From an uncultured Victivallales bacterium (GTDB lineage: Bacteria; Verrucomicrobiota; Lentisphaeria; Victivallales; UBA1829), in assembly GCA_944389445.1 (NCBI GenBank), contig CALXMJ010000293.1:912-64911 (forward strand): DNA of 64,000 nt. Direction: 5' to 3'. The translations under genes were made by a program, and so were the position numbers. Below, piece after piece: positions 54,191 through 64,000 of this stretch (its first letter is position 1; every line of letters begins with the position of its first letter). The notes under the pieces were generated by a model that ran no database searches, was not told the origin of the DNA, and saw only the letters and a program-made list of their open reading frames with translations.

Positions 54191-55138
54191 ATGAGCGGTA
54201 AAAATATTCTTGTCACCGGCGGAAGCGGTTTTCTCGGCTCCCATCTCTGCGAGCGGCTTCTGAAGGACGGAAACGATGTCATCTGTGTTGACAATCTTTT
54301 CACAGGAAACAAGCGGAATATTTATCATCTGATGGACAACCGTCATTTTGAGTTTATCCGCCATGATATCACCTTTCCCCTCTATCTGGAAGTCGATGAG
54401 ATTTACAATCTGGCATGTCCCGCGTCTCCGGTCCACTATCAGAAGGATCCCGTTCAGACGGTTAAAACCTGTGTGCATGGAGCGATCAACATGCTCGGCC
54501 TTGCCAAACGGGTCAATGCGAAAATTCTTCAGGCGTCGACTTCCGAGGTTTATGGGGATCCCTATGTCCATCCCCAGGTCGAAGAATACTGGGGCAATGT
54601 GAATCCCATCGGGGAACGTGCCTGCTATGACGAGGGAAAACGTGCCGCGGAAACACTCTTTTCCTCCTATTACAGACAATGCCGTCTCCGCATAAAAATA
54701 GTACGCATTTTCAATACATACGGTCCTAATATGCATCCGAACGACGGACGGGTCGTCAGCAACTTCATTGTGCAGGCTCTCAGAGGGGAAGACATAACAA
54801 TCTACGGCGACGGCACCCAGACCCGCAGCTTTTGCTACTGCACGGATTTGATTGATGCCATGGTCCGCATGATGGCCTCTCCAGACCATGTTACCGGACC
54901 GGTCAATATCGGCAACCCCGGTGAATTCACCATGCTCCAGCTTGCTGAACTTGTCAGGAAAATAACAAATTCCAGTTCGAAAATTGTCTTCCGTCCCCTT
55001 CCGGCGGATGATCCGAAGCAGCGCCGTCCCGACATCTCCAAAGCAAAGGAACTCCTTCACTGGCAGCCGACCACACAGCTCGAAGAAGGACTGAAGTACA
55101 CAATCGATTATTTTGACCGTCTGCTCCGGGAAGCATAA
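54191..55138 (+). CDS. UDP-glucuronate decarboxylase (UDP-xylose synthase)
   Basis: [44 protein letters not shown], catalytic YDEGKR (YxxxK), and high overall resemblance to UXS/ArnA-C-type SDRs. Start moved from 54134. Confidence 0.9.
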   Translation: MSGKNILVTGGSGFLGSHLCERLLKDGNDVICVDNLFTGNKRNIYHLMDNRHFEFIRHDITFPLYLEVDEIYNLACPASPVHYQKDPVQTVKTCVHGAINMLGLAKRVNAKILQASTSEVYGDPYVHPQVEEYWGNVNPIGERACYDEGKRAAETLFSSYYRQCRLRIKIVRIFNTYGPNMHPNDGRVVSNFIVQALRGEDITIYGDGTQTRSFCYCTDLIDAMVRMMASPDHVTGPVNIGNPGEFTMLQLAELVRKITNSSSKIVFRPLPADDPKQRRPDISKAKELLHWQPTTQLEEGLKYTIDYFDRLLREA

Positions 55139-55161
55139 AGATCAACGATCCGCGTATCCCG

Positions 55162-55866
55162 TCAATTGGTCCGGCGGATCGGTACCAGCCGTCCGTTGTT
55201 CTTATAGTAACGGGCGCCCCGCGGACCCAGATAAATTTTTTCTTTCTCCGTGGTGGTTCCGGATGAGGATTCCGGATTCTGGATGTAGGAACGCATCGGT
55301 CCCTGCGTCGGCCTCAGCTGGAGGGACCCGGAAAAATTGCCTTCCTGCACCTTCTTCTGGAATTCCAGGTATGCTTCCGCTTTCTGGCTGTCCGTGGAAG
55401 CCCGATCCATCTCCCGGACGAATTCCTCGCAAAGAGCGGAAAACCGTTTCGCTTCCGCCGATGGGTTCCGGGTAATGTGAAATACGGTCAGCCAGCGGCG
55501 GACTCCATCCATCTGCTGTTCCGCCATCCGGGCGATTGCGGCAGCATTGCCGTTTGTTTCCGGCGATGCGGGGGCTTTCTCCTTTGTTTTCTCCTTCGAC
55601 GGCTTCTTCGCCTGTTTTTTCTTTTCCTCCAGCAGTTTGAGAATTCTTGTGCGGCGGCTTTCACTCAGGCGGTTCATCAGGTCATCCGGGATCTCTTCCA
55701 GCGGAATTATTTCGACTCCGGAAGGCAGAATGATTTCCAATCCGTCAATCTCCGCTTTGCCGATTCCGGCATTTCTGTACTCTTTGCCGCTCTTCGTGGT
55801 GAAGTCGAACGCTGATGCGGATAGGAATGTCGTCAGCATCAAAAAAAGAAACACGGCTTTTTTCAT
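55162..55866 (-). CDS. secreted hypothetical protein with Lys-rich linker
   Basis: Signal MKKAVFLFLMLTTFLSASA. Linker KKKQAKKPSKEKTKEKAP. C-terminal GPRGARYYKNNG motif, which resembles the GPRGG-x-YY basic adaptor-type tail. Confidence 0.6.
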   Translation of the reverse strand: MKKAVFLFLMLTTFLSASAFDFTTKSGKEYRNAGIGKAEIDGLEIILPSGVEIIPLEEIPDDLMNRLSESRRTRILKLLEEKKKQAKKPSKEKTKEKAPASPETNGNAAAIARMAEQQMDGVRRWLTVFHITRNPSAEAKRFSALCEEFVREMDRASTDSQKAEAYLEFQKKVQEGNFSGSLQLRPTQGPMRSYIQNPESSSGTTTEKEKIYLGPRGARYYKNNGRLVPIRRTN

Positions 55867-56054
55867 AGGATTCTCCGTTTTTTCTCTCTCATTTGAAAAT
55901 ATAACATGAAAGAGAAGAAAAACAATCTTTGTTTCTCAGGACTTGCCGTTTCCGGCCGGCAACGGCAATCCGGACGCCGGAAACGAAAAAAGAACCATTG
56001 CCTTTTCCCGTTTCCGGATGTAAATTACGAAGATTGATTCAGGAGAAGAAAAGA

Positions 56055-58919
56055 ATGAATGGCGATATTGTAATACGAGGTGCGTCCGAGCACAATCTGA
56101 AGAATATCAATGTCAAAATTCCGCGGAACACGCTGACGGTGATTACCGGCTTGAGCGGATCGGGAAAATCCTCTCTTGCGTTTGATACGCTTTATGCGGA
56201 AGGGCAGCGGCGGTATGTGGAAAGTTTATCCGCTTATGCGCGGCAGTTTTTAGACCGGATGCAGAAGCCGAAGGTGGAACATATTGAGGGCCTTTCCCCG
56301 GCGATTGCGATTGAACAGCGTTCCGCAGGGTCGAATCCGCGGTCCACGGTTGCCACGGTGACGGAAATTTACGACTATCTCCGTCTGCTGTATGCGCATA
56401 CGGGGATCCCGCATTGTCCGAAATGCGGCCGCGAGCTTGCGGCGCAGTCGGCGCAGGCAATCTGCGAGAAGCTGCTTGCGCTGCCGGGCGGACAGAAAAT
56501 GATGATTCTCGCTCCCTATGTCACGGGGCGGAAGGGGGAACACCGGGATGTCCTTGATAAAATCCGCCGCGACGGCTTTATCCGGGCGCGAATCGACGGT
56601 GTTGTTACGGAACTTTCCGATGATATGAAGCCGCTTGGCAAAAATCTCCGTCATGAGATTGATGCTGTTGTAGATCGTCTTGTCACGGGTTCGCTGGAGC
56701 GTTCGCGTCTGAACGATTCCGTGGAGACCGCTCTTTCCTGCGGCGGCGGAGAGCTGATCGTCATGCTGGAAACCCTTTCCGGCGACGGCAAGCGGATCTG
56801 GACCGAGGAACGCATCAGCGAAAAGCTCGCCTGTGTGGACTGCGGCATCAGTTTCGGCAAAATGGAGCCGCGCAATTTCTCGTTCAACAGTCCTTACGGC
56901 GCCTGTCCGCACTGCAACGGACTCGGCACCATGCTTATGATGGATCCGGCTCTTGCAGTCAACGAATCTCTTTCCATCCGCAAGGGAGCGATTCCGGGCT
57001 GGCGGCGCGGACCGCGCCATCTGATCATGTTTTACAACCATCTTCTGAAGTGCATTGCCGCGCATGTGAACATGCCGGATATGACGACGGTTCCCTTCGG
57101 GAAGCTTCCGGAACATGTCCGTAAACTTCTTCTCTACGGCAGCGGCGATGAACCCATCGACTTCAGCTACTACATGCGCGGCAAGCGCTACAACATGGTC
57201 AAACCGTTTGAAGGGATTCTGGCAAACATGCAGAGACGGCAGGCGGAATCCGAAAGCGATGCCGTCCGGGAGCGTCTGAAGGAATACATGACTCAGCGGG
57301 AATGTCCGGTCTGTCACGGGGCCCGTCTCAAGCCGGAGAGTCTTGCCGTAACGGTCGGCGGACTCGGAATCAACCAGTTCAACGCGCTTTCCGTGGAGAA
57401 CGCTCTGGCGTTCATCCGGAACCTGAAGCTGGATGCGGAGCGCAGCGCGATTGCTCGCGACATTGTCAAGGAAATTCAGTCCCGCCTGACCTTTCTGGTC
57501 GATGTGGGGCTGCCCTATCTGACTCTGAACCGCGAGAGCGGGACGCTTTCCGGCGGAGAAGCGCAGCGGATCCGTCTGGCGACTCAGCTCGGCTGCGGGC
57601 TGGTCGGAGTGCTCTACATTCTCGACGAACCCAGCATCGGACTCCATCAGCGGGACAATGACAAGCTTCTTGCGACCCTGAAACGGCTGCGCAATCTCGG
57701 CAATACGGTCATTGTTGTAGAGCATGACATGGATACGATCCGTGCGGCGGACTGTGTGCTCGATCTCGGTCCGCGTGCCGGGGTCCATGGAGGTGAACTG
57801 GTCGCGATCGGTTCGCCGGAGGAGGTCGCGAAAAACCGGGAATCGCTTACCGGCAAGTATCTCTGCGGCGATCGGAAGATCCAGATCCCGGCGGAACGGA
57901 AAAAAGGTACCGGGGAAATCCTTCGCCTGGAAGGTGTTACACATCACAATCTGAAAAATATCACCGTGGATTTTCCTCTTGGCACCTTCCTCTGCGTGAC
58001 AGGAGTCTCCGGATCCGGGAAGAGCAGTCTGGTCAACGGGGTGCTGCGCGCCGTGCTCGAACAGCATTTCAAGATGGCGGATGCCGGTGTTCCCGGCCCC
58101 TACAAAGCGGTCAGGGGGCTGGAATATATTGACAAGGCAATTGTGATCGACCAGAGTCCCATCGGGCGCACCCCGCGTTCGAATCCCGCGACCTACACGG
58201 AAGCGTTCGGCACGATCCGCAATCTGTTCGCCTCTCTGCCCGATTCCAAGGTGCGCGGGTTTGGTCCCGGGCGCTTCAGCTTCAATGTCAAGGGCGGCCG
58301 CTGCGAAGAGTGCCAGGGCGATGGCATCAAGAAGATCGAAATGCAGTTCCTGCCGGATGTTTACGTCACCTGTTCCGCCTGTCACGGTCAGCGTTTCAAC
58401 AAGGAAACACTGAGTGTCCAGTACAAGAAGCGCAGTATTGCCGATGTTCTGGAAATGACGGTCGATGAAGCCGTTGATTTCTTTTCCGCGATTCCCGCGC
58501 TCCACCGCAAGCTCAAGACGCTTCAGGAGGTCGGACTCGGCTACATTACGCTCGGTCAGCCTGCGACCACGCTTTCCGGAGGCGAGGCTCAGCGCGTAAA
58601 GCTCGCCACGGAACTCGCAAAAACGCCGCGCGGACATACCGTCTACATTCTTGACGAGCCGACTACGGGTCTTCATCTGGAGGACATCAGGCAACTGCTG
58701 GATGTGCTGATGCGTCTGCGCGACAAGGGCAGTACAATCATCGTGATCGAACACAATCTCGACGTCATCAAGATGGCGGATTACATTATTGACATCGGTC
58801 CTGAAGGCGGCGATGCCGGCGGAAGGATCATTGCCAGAGGCACACCGGAGGAGATCATAAAGGTCAAGGCCTCTCATACGGGGCGCTATCTGAAGGAGAT
58901 ACTGGAAAAGGATCTCTGA
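56055..58919 (+). CDS. uvrA: excinuclease ABC subunit A
   Basis: [55 protein letters not shown], zinc-finger cysteines, second ABC module [11 protein letters not shown]. Start moved from 55929. Confidence 0.97.
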   Translation: MNGDIVIRGASEHNLKNINVKIPRNTLTVITGLSGSGKSSLAFDTLYAEGQRRYVESLSAYARQFLDRMQKPKVEHIEGLSPAIAIEQRSAGSNPRSTVATVTEIYDYLRLLYAHTGIPHCPKCGRELAAQSAQAICEKLLALPGGQKMMILAPYVTGRKGEHRDVLDKIRRDGFIRARIDGVVTELSDDMKPLGKNLRHEIDAVVDRLVTGSLERSRLNDSVETALSCGGGELIVMLETLSGDGKRIWTEERISEKLACVDCGISFGKMEPRNFSFNSPYGACPHCNGLGTMLMMDPALAVNESLSIRKGAIPGWRRGPRHLIMFYNHLLKCIAAHVNMPDMTTVPFGKLPEHVRKLLLYGSGDEPIDFSYYMRGKRYNMVKPFEGILANMQRRQAESESDAVRERLKEYMTQRECPVCHGARLKPESLAVTVGGLGINQFNALSVENALAFIRNLKLDAERSAIARDIVKEIQSRLTFLVDVGLPYLTLNRESGTLSGGEAQRIRLATQLGCGLVGVLYILDEPSIGLHQRDNDKLLATLKRLRNLGNTVIVVEHDMDTIRAADCVLDLGPRAGVHGGELVAIGSPEEVAKNRESLTGKYLCGDRKIQIPAERKKGTGEILRLEGVTHHNLKNITVDFPLGTFLCVTGVSGSGKSSLVNGVLRAVLEQHFKMADAGVPGPYKAVRGLEYIDKAIVIDQSPIGRTPRSNPATYTEAFGTIRNLFASLPDSKVRGFGPGRFSFNVKGGRCEECQGDGIKKIEMQFLPDVYVTCSACHGQRFNKETLSVQYKKRSIADVLEMTVDEAVDFFSAIPALHRKLKTLQEVGLGYITLGQPATTLSGGEAQRVKLATELAKTPRGHTVYILDEPTTGLHLEDIRQLLDVLMRLRDKGSTIIVIEHNLDVIKMADYIIDIGPEGGDAGGRIIARGTPEEIIKVKASHTGRYLKEILEKDL

Positions 58920-58960
58920 TTCCGGAACGGAGAGTTTCCGCCTCTGACGGAAAATATAAA

Positions 58961-58998
58961 AGGCAGACAGACGGTGAATTCGCCTGTCTGCCTTTTTG
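58961..58998. terminator. bidirectional Rho-independent terminator between uvrA and the ABC permease gene
   Basis: Perfect 10-bp stem AGGCAGACAG/CTGTCTGCCT, flanked by ATAAAA upstream and TTTTT downstream. Confidence 0.75.
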
Positions 58999-59026
58999 CC
59001 GAGCGCTTCGGCAGTTCCGGCGCCGG

Positions 59027-59869
59027 TCAGCCTTTGACGCCTCCGAGCATGATGCCTTTGACCAGCTGTTTCTGCATGAAGATGAACAGAATGATCATCG
59101 GGATCACGCTCATGGCGACTGCCGCCATAAGAAGGTTTGTCTGCTGGCCCTGGGAGGAGTCGAACGCCATCATGCCGATCGGCAGAGTATAGCGTTCGGG
59201 AGTTTTCATCATGACCAGCGGCCAGAACATGCTGTTGTAGTTGCCGATGAATGTAAAGATCGTCAGGGTGACGAGAGCGGGACGCGAGAGGGGAAGGATT
59301 ACGGTCCAGTAAAGCTGCCACTTGCTTGCGCCGTCGATTTCCGCGGCTTCGTCGAGGGAGTGGGGGATGTTCATCATGAACTGACGCATCAGAAAGGTTC
59401 CGAAGGCGGAGAAAGCCGCGGGCAGAATCAGTCCGGCGTAGGTGTCGACGAGTCCGAGATAGATCATGTTCTGATAGTTCGGGATCATCATGACCAGTCC
59501 GGGGAGCATCATGGTTGCGAGATACATGAGGAATACGGTATCGCGTCCCTTCCATTTCAGGCGAGCGAAGCTGAACGCGGCAAGACTGCTGGTGAAAACC
59601 TGAAGGAAGGTCACCCAGAATGCGACAAAAATACTGTTCCAGTACCATCTGCCGAACATGATTCCTTTCATAGTGAAGACTTCTTTGTAGTTGCTCCACT
59701 GGAAGACTTGCGGGAGCCAGGAGTCCAGTCCGATTTCATCAAGGCGCTTCAAGCTGGCGAGGATCATCCAGGTGAAGGGCAGAACAAGGGAGGTCGCCAC
59801 CAGCGCGAGAACGACATGGAGAACGACAAGTCTCACACCTCTGTTGAACATGGTAAGTTCTTTTGCCAT
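59027..59869 (-). CDS. carbohydrate ABC transporter permease (MalG-like)
   Basis: EAA loop LDEAAEIDGASKWQLYWTVILPLSRPAL and six hydrophobic segments. Start placed at the ATG at 59869 (MAKELTMF). Confidence 0.9.
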   Translation of the reverse strand: MAKELTMFNRGVRLVVLHVVLALVATSLVLPFTWMILASLKRLDEIGLDSWLPQVFQWSNYKEVFTMKGIMFGRWYWNSIFVAFWVTFLQVFTSSLAAFSFARLKWKGRDTVFLMYLATMMLPGLVMMIPNYQNMIYLGLVDTYAGLILPAAFSAFGTFLMRQFMMNIPHSLDEAAEIDGASKWQLYWTVILPLSRPALVTLTIFTFIGNYNSMFWPLVMMKTPERYTLPIGMMAFDSSQGQQTNLLMAAVAMSVIPMIILFIFMQKQLVKGIMLGGVKG

Positions 59870-59885
59870 TTTATATCCTTTCTTC

Positions 59886-61376
59886 TCAGTCGTTGGTGTA
59901 TTTGTTTCCGAATTTCCAGTTGAAGATCGTGACGCACAGCACCATTGCAAAGAGGGTCCAGGCGACCGCCGAGGCGTAACCGAGACGCCCCGTTCCGAAA
60001 CCTTCCGTATAGATATAATACGCAAGAGTCGTAGTCGATCCGGCCGGTCCGCCCTTCGTCATGACTCGCGCCATTTCGAATCCGCCTTGAAGTCCGCCCA
60101 TGATCGACATGACGAGAATGAAGAACGTCACGTTGGAGAGCTGCGGCCAGGTCACGTTCCAGAAACGCTGAACCGGTGTTGCTCCGTCGATGTCGGCGGC
60201 CTCGTAGAGCTCCTGCGAGATTCCGGAGAGGCCGGCCAGATAGAGAAGCATGTTGTTGGAGCCGATCGCGCCCCAGAAGCCCATGATCATGATCGACGGT
60301 TTCGCCCAGTAGTAGTCGGCGAGCCATTTCGGCGCGACGAATCCGTCCGCCGAAGTCGCTTCGGCAGGCATGGCGAGAACAACGTTGGTCATGCCGAGCA
60401 GAATGAACAGCCCGATCATGATGATGCCGTCGATGATGATGGCATCCGCCATCCCGTAGTCGGACACGCATTTATAGTCTCTGCCGAAGAAGAACATCGC
60501 GATGAGGGCGATTACGCCTGCCGCCGCGAAGAAGAAACCGAAAGCTCCGCCCCAGCCGAGTCCGCTCCAGAGCTGTGCGCAGAGAAGCGGGATTATCAGC
60601 AGTACCGCGCCGATGATCACGCTGGCCGTTCCGCATTCTCCATAGTACCAGCGATGGCAGCGGCGGAACATTGCGATGGCGTAGGCGAGTCCCATCAGGA
60701 CCAGCAGAACACCGGCAATTCCGGCGGCCGCTTTGGGCGAAAGACGGGCTGCAATCGGCGTGAGCCAGTCGAGGATCGGCTGGAGAATGTTGTTGATCGG
60801 GCCATTCTCGGGACTGTAGAGTTTTTTCCAGAGAATGTAGGTCGCCACGCCGGAGGTGAAGCTCGGAAAATAGAACAGCGTGCGGTAGACGGTTTGCCCG
60901 CCGACGGATCCCCCGACGATTACCGCACCCGCGATGCCGCAGACGAGAAGCGTCATTGCCGTCGACGCCATGCCGACCAGGACCAGCATCATGCAGCAGA
61001 CCGTCATGACGATGGTGAGAATGATGATTCCGTACAGTTTTCTGGAGCCCGCCTTGAAGTCATGGTTCAGCAGCATTGCCGCCGCGAGGCTTCCGGCGAC
61101 GCCGAACGGAATGCCGATCATCAGGAACAGCGTGTTCCCGAGATAGGTGAAGAAATCGGGATCGGTGAAGAGTTTGACAAAGTTCCCGAAGCCGACGGAC
61201 TTGACCGTCGCTGTCTGGAACATATTGTGCATTTCGAGATTCCAGTCGGTGAACGCCATGAAGAGCGAGATCACCAGCGGGACCGCCGTAAACACAAGGA
61301 AGCCGAGAATGTTGGGCAGAAGGAACAGCATTCCCACCGAGGCTTGTTTGAGATCGTTTTTTTTCAGATTCAGCAT
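59886..61376 (-). CDS. carbohydrate ABC transporter permease (MalF-like, enlarged, ~497 aa)
   Basis: EAA loop LYEAADIDGATPVQRFWNVTWPQL. A ~200-aa extra hydrophobic insertion lies between the first TM pair and the conserved core. Start placed at the ATG at 61376, 2 nt after the SBP stop. Confidence 0.85.
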   Translation of the reverse strand: MLNLKKNDLKQASVGMLFLLPNILGFLVFTAVPLVISLFMAFTDWNLEMHNMFQTATVKSVGFGNFVKLFTDPDFFTYLGNTLFLMIGIPFGVAGSLAAAMLLNHDFKAGSRKLYGIIILTIVMTVCCMMLVLVGMASTAMTLLVCGIAGAVIVGGSVGGQTVYRTLFYFPSFTSGVATYILWKKLYSPENGPINNILQPILDWLTPIAARLSPKAAAGIAGVLLVLMGLAYAIAMFRRCHRWYYGECGTASVIIGAVLLIIPLLCAQLWSGLGWGGAFGFFFAAAGVIALIAMFFFGRDYKCVSDYGMADAIIIDGIIMIGLFILLGMTNVVLAMPAEATSADGFVAPKWLADYYWAKPSIMIMGFWGAIGSNNMLLYLAGLSGISQELYEAADIDGATPVQRFWNVTWPQLSNVTFFILVMSIMGGLQGGFEMARVMTKGGPAGSTTTLAYYIYTEGFGTGRLGYASAVAWTLFAMVLCVTIFNWKFGNKYTND

Positions 61377-61378
61377 CG

Positions 61379-62902
61379 TTATTTCTTCCTTTCCGGTTCG
61401 GCAAGCATATCTTTGGATTTGTAGTATTTCAGATAATAGGGATTTTTGATCCATTCCGCCGGAATTTTTGTGCCGTCGGCCTTGTACTGATCAATTTTTT
61501 TCTGAATGGCGGTATCTTCCGCATACTGTCTGGCCAGTTTCGGATTTTCGCGGATCGTCTGCTGAATGGCCATATTGATGCGGTCTTCCGCCTCTTTGAC
61601 AGCTTCCTCAGCGGTGGCGCGGTCGTTGAGGTATTTGTCGAGGGCGTAGACATACCAGTCGCGGCCGGTGGAGGAATAGTAAGGGGTCTGCGGAATCGGG
61701 AGAGCCAGCTCCATCGCCCATTTCAATTCGTTGGCATGGACATTTCCTTCGTTGGGATATTCCGGCGGTTTGAGGTATTCCGGATTGTTTATCGCGAATT
61801 TCGGATTCGGCGGAAGACCGTCGACGCCGCGGATGATGTGATCGTTGTAATCCTTGCTGGCAAGAAATTCAAAGAAGTATTTTGTCATGTTCGGATCTTT
61901 TGTCGCCGCATACATCGAAGTGATTCGAGCGGAACCGATCATATTCCGGAACTTTCCGGACTGCGGATATTGAACGCAGTACAGCGGAATCTGTTCTTCT
62001 TTCGGCAGTTCGCGGAAACGTATGAGTGCGTAACGTCCGGTAACGACTATGGCGTAAGTGCCCTGAATGAAGTGTGTGAAGGTGGCTCCGCCATATCCGC
62101 CGGTTTCTACATTTTCGGAAGCCACGTCGGCAGCTGTCGGAAGAATTTTATCGGTATAGGTCCATTTGTAGAGCAGTTTCATCGGTGCGATGTAGCGGGG
62201 ATCATTGACGGTGGATTTCGTCAGAGTTTCATTGAAAACGTCCATTCCCTGGCTTCTTGCGTTGATGAGGTTGAACATGGAACCAAAGCCGGAAGCCGCT
62301 GAGCAGAAGAAAACCTTTTTGTCCGGATTGCCTGCATTAGCCTTTTTGACGAATTCCTTTCCAATCCGTTCGAATTCCTCCAGGGTGATCTCTTCCTTAG
62401 GGAGTTTCACCCCATATTTTTCGAATGTTTTTTTATTGATCCAGAAGTTGGTTACCGCCACGTTGCAGGGATATCCCGCCTGCTTCCCGTCATAAGAGGA
62501 AAGAAGTCCGGCGATGCCGGGATAGGTGGTGTCGAGTCCGAAATGTCCTTCTTTTGCGTACGGGGTGAGATCCTTGATGATTCCCATTGCATAGAATACC
62601 GGGACGATGGAGAAATCAAGGAGGTCGCCGCCGACTCCGGAGACCGCCTGAATCAGCGTGCTCTGATTGCTTGCCGTATCGAGTTTGACAGCGAATGCCG
62701 GCAGACCGGGCGTCTTCTGAAGTTCCGGATGAGTCTTTTCCAGCCATCGGGAGAACATTTCAATCTGTTCGTACCGCTGGGGGTTCGGATCGCTGTTCCA
62801 GTAGATGAGCGGGTATCCCGTCTGTTGTTCCGGTTCCGACAAATAGGTGTAGATTGATGCTGCCACCAGTATTGCCAGAATTCCAAAAAAAAGTTTGTTC
62901 AT
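61379..62902 (-). CDS. ABC transporter extracellular sugar-binding protein (507 aa)
   Basis: N-terminal anchor/signal MNKLFFGILAILVAASIY and an AGGAGG RBS. Family-1 SBP-like composition, and first gene of the SBP-permease-permease operon. Confidence 0.8.
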   Translation of the reverse strand: MNKLFFGILAILVAASIYTYLSEPEQQTGYPLIYWNSDPNPQRYEQIEMFSRWLEKTHPELQKTPGLPAFAVKLDTASNQSTLIQAVSGVGGDLLDFSIVPVFYAMGIIKDLTPYAKEGHFGLDTTYPGIAGLLSSYDGKQAGYPCNVAVTNFWINKKTFEKYGVKLPKEEITLEEFERIGKEFVKKANAGNPDKKVFFCSAASGFGSMFNLINARSQGMDVFNETLTKSTVNDPRYIAPMKLLYKWTYTDKILPTAADVASENVETGGYGGATFTHFIQGTYAIVVTGRYALIRFRELPKEEQIPLYCVQYPQSGKFRNMIGSARITSMYAATKDPNMTKYFFEFLASKDYNDHIIRGVDGLPPNPKFAINNPEYLKPPEYPNEGNVHANELKWAMELALPIPQTPYYSSTGRDWYVYALDKYLNDRATAEEAVKEAEDRINMAIQQTIRENPKLARQYAEDTAIQKKIDQYKADGTKIPAEWIKNPYYLKYYKSKDMLAEPERKK

Positions 62903-63459
62903 CCGTGCAAATCCTCCTTCTTTCTTTTATTCATTTTTTGATTCTGTCAACATTCAAACGTCGGGAGCAAACAGGAAAAAAATCCGGAAGATACGGTTCA
63001 TGCAAAACCGTCTGCACGGCTGGTATTGCAATTGCCCCATCCGTTTTCTATATGGTTTTTTCTATCTGCAAATTATTCAGCCTATAATATAACCGCAGAA
63101 AAGAAAAATCCCAGTCCCCGATTGAAAATAATCCGTAAAAACAGGAGCCGCCGGAATGACAAGACCGGTTTTTTTCATTTCTGTCATTCCATTGCCGGGA
63201 ATAACTCTTCCGCCAGGAAGAGTGCGCTTTGCTTTTTCCTCATTTTCCGCGGGTGCGGACTCCCGGGATGGATACGGCTGGATTCTTTTCGACTCGAATT
63301 GCCGCAAGAACGGAATTCGACAGCCCTGCATCGGGAAATCCGTGGGAAAACAGGCGCGGATTGAAGCGATGTTCCATTTTTTTGATTTTTCATTTGCAGA
63401 ATTGTCATTTCCGTGGTAAATTTCCATCTCAGGAAAACATCCAACCCAGGAGATGAACC

Positions 63460-64000
63460 ATGCGCGTATTTTTAACCGGAGGAGCGGGATACATCGGCAG
63501 CGCCTGCGCTGAATATCTGCTCGACAGAGGCTACGAGGTCACCGTATTCGACGACCTCATCACAGGACACATCGAAGCCGTTGATCCGAGAGCCAAATTC
63601 ATCAAGGCCAATCTCAGCGACCGCGAAAATCTCATCAAGGTCGTCAAAGAAGGCAAATACGATGCCATCATGCACTTTGCGGCATTCTCTCTCGTCGGAG
63701 AATCCATGAAAAATCCGAGCAAGTATTTCAACAACAATCTTGCCAACGCGATCAATCTTGCCGACGCCGCCGTGGAAGGGGAAGTCAAAACCTTTGTCTT
63801 CTCCAGCACCGCCGCGACATTCGGCGAACCCGAAGAAGTTCCCATCAAAGAAGATGCCCCCCAGCATCCGATCAATCCCTACGGCGAATCCAAACTCGGC
63901 TTTGAAAAAGTCCTGAACTGGTACAGCCGGATCTATGGACTGAAATACGCCGCACTCCGCTACTTCAATGCAGCCGGAGCCACCGGAAAATACGGAGAGG
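63460..64000 (+). CDS. galE: UDP-glucose 4-epimerase, 3' end outside window
   Basis: Not in the track because it runs off the right edge. AGGAG RBS, MRVFLTGGAGYIGSACAEYLLDRGYEVTVFDDL, catalytic YGESKL (YxxxK), LRYFNAAGA. Confidence 0.9.
   Translation, partial: MRVFLTGGAGYIGSACAEYLLDRGYEVTVFDDLITGHIEAVDPRAKFIKANLSDRENLIKVVKEGKYDAIMHFAAFSLVGESMKNPSKYFNNNLANAINLADAAVEGEVKTFVFSSTAATFGEPEEVPIKEDAPQHPINPYGESKLGFEKVLNWYSRIYGLKYAALRYFNAAGATGKYGE

Noticed and set aside
55943-55968. GC-rich inverted repeat TTGCCGTT-N10-AACGGCAA upstream of uvrA, considered as an SOS/LexA-type operator.
   Set aside because: It does not resemble any LexA box I know, and there is no second copy in the window. It could equally be a structural hairpin between divergent genes.
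56250-59699. 1149-aa ORF on the minus strand, opposite uvrA and reaching into the ABC permease gene.
   Set aside because: Its stop at 56250-56252 is the in-frame Leu codon TTA of uvrA, so it is a codon-aligned shadow. It starts inside the permease gene in a different frame and crosses a bidirectional terminator. uvrA on the plus strand is unambiguous.
59691-61424. 577-aa plus-strand ORF, highly charged (D/E/R/H-rich).
   Set aside because: It is antisense to the two ABC permease genes, whose EAA loops and TM segments are clear. The charged composition is the expected mirror image of hydrophobic codons.
63472-63875. Minus-strand ORFs 63472..63867 and 63531..63875.
   Set aside because: They are antisense to the 5' part of galE (MRVFLTGGAGYIGS..., YGESK), which starts at 63460 behind an AGGAG RBS and runs off the window.

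Overview
The window is about 90% coding and holds about 45 CDS. It contains no rRNA, tRNA, CRISPR array, transposase or integrase that I could recognise. The gene content points to a PVC-superphylum bacterium, Lentisphaerota/Victivallales-like or Kiritimatiellota-like. This is an inference from the repeated FTLIELL...H-X9-DG pseudopilin-like genes and the giant secreted glycan-active proteins. Region 1-37.7 kb is an accessory glycan-utilisation region built from five operons with the same grammar: a local regulator (AraC, LacI, AraC, GntR, GntR), one pseudopilin-like DUF1559-type gene, and one or more 500-1500 aa signal-peptide proteins with glycosidase/CBM-like modules. Several junctions are stop-start overlaps (ATGA/GTGA). 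This pilin-per-glycan-operon arrangement is the main candidate for an undescribed system. Region 38-45.5 kb holds an FAD oxidoreductase and an IclR-controlled cluster (BNR/Asp-box sialidase-like protein, MDR dehydrogenase, TIM-barrel isomerase) plus another AraC regulator. Region 45.5-64 kb is mostly housekeeping:
- an OmpR-type two-component system
- clpS-clpA
- a GH3 beta-glycosidase flanked by an ~90-bp imperfect direct repeat that carries a terminator module
- a tandem NDK-like protein
- UDP-glucuronate decarboxylase
- uvrA
- a CUT1-type sugar ABC importer without an ATPase gene
- the 5' part of galE

Two genes run off the window edges and are absent from the ORF track: an esterase at 1-511 and galE at 63460-64000. 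Many very long ORFs in the track (up to 1149 aa) are codon-aligned antisense shadows and were rejected. All family calls come from motifs read by eye; no database search was possible.
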